DNA of 60,335 nt from Patescibacteria group bacterium (GTDB taxonomy: Bacteria; Patescibacteriota; CPR2; UBA1875; JAMCYV01): NCBI GenBank assembly GCA_023473595.1, contig JAMCYV010000011.1, positions 1 to 60,335 of the forward strand. The letters are read 5' to 3'. A model generated the notes under the pieces. The model was given only the letters and a program-made list of their open reading frames with translations, did no database searches and was not told the DNA's origin. Every line of letters begins with the position of its first letter. Position 1 is the stretch's first letter. Both the position numbers and the translations under genes were made by a program. Positions 59,701-60,335 of this stretch are shown in pieces.

Positions 59701-60182
59701 TGAAGAAATATACTAGAAACAAAGAAGCAATGCTTTTTATAAGGCTTGAAGATATGGTTTCAAGCGTAGAGCTCATTGTTTTCCCCAAGACCCTTCAAAA
59801 ATATCCTACTAGGTTTAGAGAAGGCAATATTGTCGTAGTTCAGGGTAATATCAATACCAAAGATAACGAGCCAAAGGTTTTAGTTGATTCAATAAGGGAA
59901 CTGGCCCTAGAGCAAAAAACTTATGAGACAGCTCCGACGGATGATATTGTCATTAGAGAGGCTGATTCGATTAAAATATATGTTCCCAAAGGAGTCGGAC
60001 AGCAAAAGCTTGAGCTTTTAAAGGAAATTCTTGCTAAAAATAAGGGGGACATAGAGACTTTTGTTTTTATTCCGAACGGTGAAGAGACTAAGAAAGTGAA
60101 GTTGCCTTTTGGGACGAACTTTCAAGAAGATATGGTTCAAGAAATTGAAAATTTGTTTAAAAGAGAAATAGGCGTTTCTTAA
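56733..60182 (+). CDS. dnaE: DNA polymerase III alpha subunit
   Basis: PHP domain FVHLHVHTHYSLLDG, GPGRGSAAGSIVAY, PDIDMDF, FNKSHAACYA, C-terminal OB fold. Confidence 0.97.
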   Translation: MTDFVHLHVHTHYSLLDGMCKIPDLLDKAKGLGMDALAITDHGVMYGAIEFYQEAKKRDMKPIIGFEAYIAPRKLTDKTPRVDGRPSHLTLLAQNLDGYKNLIKLTTIAHLEGYYYRPRIDKEVLKENSKGIIALSGCANGEIARYLLEGDYDSAKKTASEFKEIFEKGNFYLEMQFVQKEWPDQIKINEGLKKIAHELDLPLVATSDVHYINKDDAEAQDVLLCLQTGTFADDEDRMRMPGDWSLLYSEIKECFKDMPEALKNTVKIAEKCNLELELGKYQIPIFEVPKGKTTKFYLEELVHTGLKEKYKNITREIKERCEYELSIIEKMGFEGYFLVVWDYVKWAKDNGIVVGPGRGSAAGSIVAYALDITEIDPLPYDLLFERFLNPDRISMPDIDMDFADDRRDEVLKYVTEKYGRDHVAQIITFGTMKARNAIRDTGRVLGFSYNEVDAIAKMVPEVINIKLKDALDQSPDLKAEYRNDPKVKHLIDIAMRLEGVTRHASTHAAGVIISKDPLIEQVPLQKSTRGDDVINTQYEMDPLESLGLIKMDFLGLSNLTIIKNALRIIKKVYGEEIDIDHLSLDDKKTYELLSRGDTTGVFQFESSGMKRYLRDLKPSNFEDITAMGALYRPGPLNSGMVSEFIDRKHGRKKISYPHPIMEHALSNTYGVIVYQEQVIQLSKDMAGFTGGEADNLRKAVGKKIQKLMKEQRQKFIEGCVKNGLTKKLAEDTFLSIEKFAEYGFNKSHAACYALISYQTAYLKAYFPSAFMAALMTSDYSNIDKIASEIDECRKIGIEVLPPDVNESFAEFAVVKDTGKIRFGLKAVKNVGEGIIKAIEEARKTGGKFKSIDDFVRRVDAKEINKKVMESLIKCGTFDSLAEREDLLFNLEKILGFATKAQKDQSSGQIDLFGGNGYHLPGFEIIKSKQRLRKKEKLDWEKELLGIYISDHPLKEYSGILEKEGAIKCSELLEHLDDKEVKVGGVITSVLKKYTRNKEAMLFIRLEDMVSSVELIVFPKTLQKYPTRFREGNIVVVQGNINTKDNEPKVLVDSIRELALEQKTYETAPTDDIVIREADSIKIYVPKGVGQQKLELLKEILAKNKGDIETFVFIPNGEETKKVKLPFGTNFQEDMVQEIENLFKREIGVS

Positions 60183-60213
60183 ACATAAGTTGTCTCGAAC
60201 CTTAGATTTCTAT

Positions 60214-60238
60214 TGTCATTCCGGACTTGATCCGGAAT
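60214..60238 (+). repeat. TGTCAT-hairpin element (copy g)
   Basis: tgtc, then a perfect 8-bp hairpin attccgga-cttga-tccggaat. Lies 32 nt after the dnaE stop. Confidence 0.75.
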
Positions 60239-60255
60239 CCAAACCTAAAAATTAC

Positions 60256-60335
60256 TAAGAACTAAATTCTAATAACTAATAAAATCCTAATTTTTAAATT
60301 TTAAACATTTATTAGTTATTAGAATTTAGTTCTTA
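60256..60335. repeat. 28-bp perfect palindrome running to the window edge
   Basis: taagaactaaattctaataactaataaa(60256-60283) against tttattagttattagaatttagttctta(60308-60335), with a 24-nt loop. Confidence 0.85.

Overview
AT-rich, gene-dense bacterial chromosome segment, standard genetic code (TGA is used as a stop). Nearly all genes lie on the + strand. The content is mostly housekeeping: pheS/pheT, gyrB/gyrA, uvrC, secG, ligA, gatC/gatA/gatB, dnaE, a 16S rRNA gene and nine tRNAs. The overall picture suggests a Patescibacteria/CPR-type genome. This rests on a short 16S with two large insertions, no 23S following the 16S, small selfish genes in intergenic spacers, many membrane or secreted hypotheticals, and an L,D-transpeptidase. 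That lineage call is an inference, not a database result. The most unusual observations are these. (1) PheT carries a complete NlpC/P60 cysteine-hydrolase domain inserted in its B5 domain and is followed 1 nt later by an L,D-transpeptidase gene. (2) A four-gene operon holds an orphan TraD/VirD4-like membrane ATPase, a 979-aa coiled-coil protein and two acidic proteins. (3) A dispersed family of TGTCAT-hairpin elements occurs in intergenic regions and, apparently in frame, inside gyrB and uvrC; a second GC-rich repeat type appears in gatA. (4) Two related ~135-nt insertions interrupt the 16S gene. (5) A GIY-YIG ORF sits inside the pre-16S processing stem, and the 16S-Ile-Ala unit runs into a convergent P-loop NTPase gene instead of a 23S. 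(6) GyrB has a ~117-aa lysine-rich N-terminal extension. (7) Small selfish genes (a four-helix-bundle protein, two GIY-YIG, one GxxExxY) are framed by inverted repeats. (8) A tRNA-Ala gene is followed 2.2 kb later by a copy of its 3' end, bracketing a two-gene islet. No CRISPR array, prophage or transposase was seen. All product calls come from reading motifs by eye; no searches were run.
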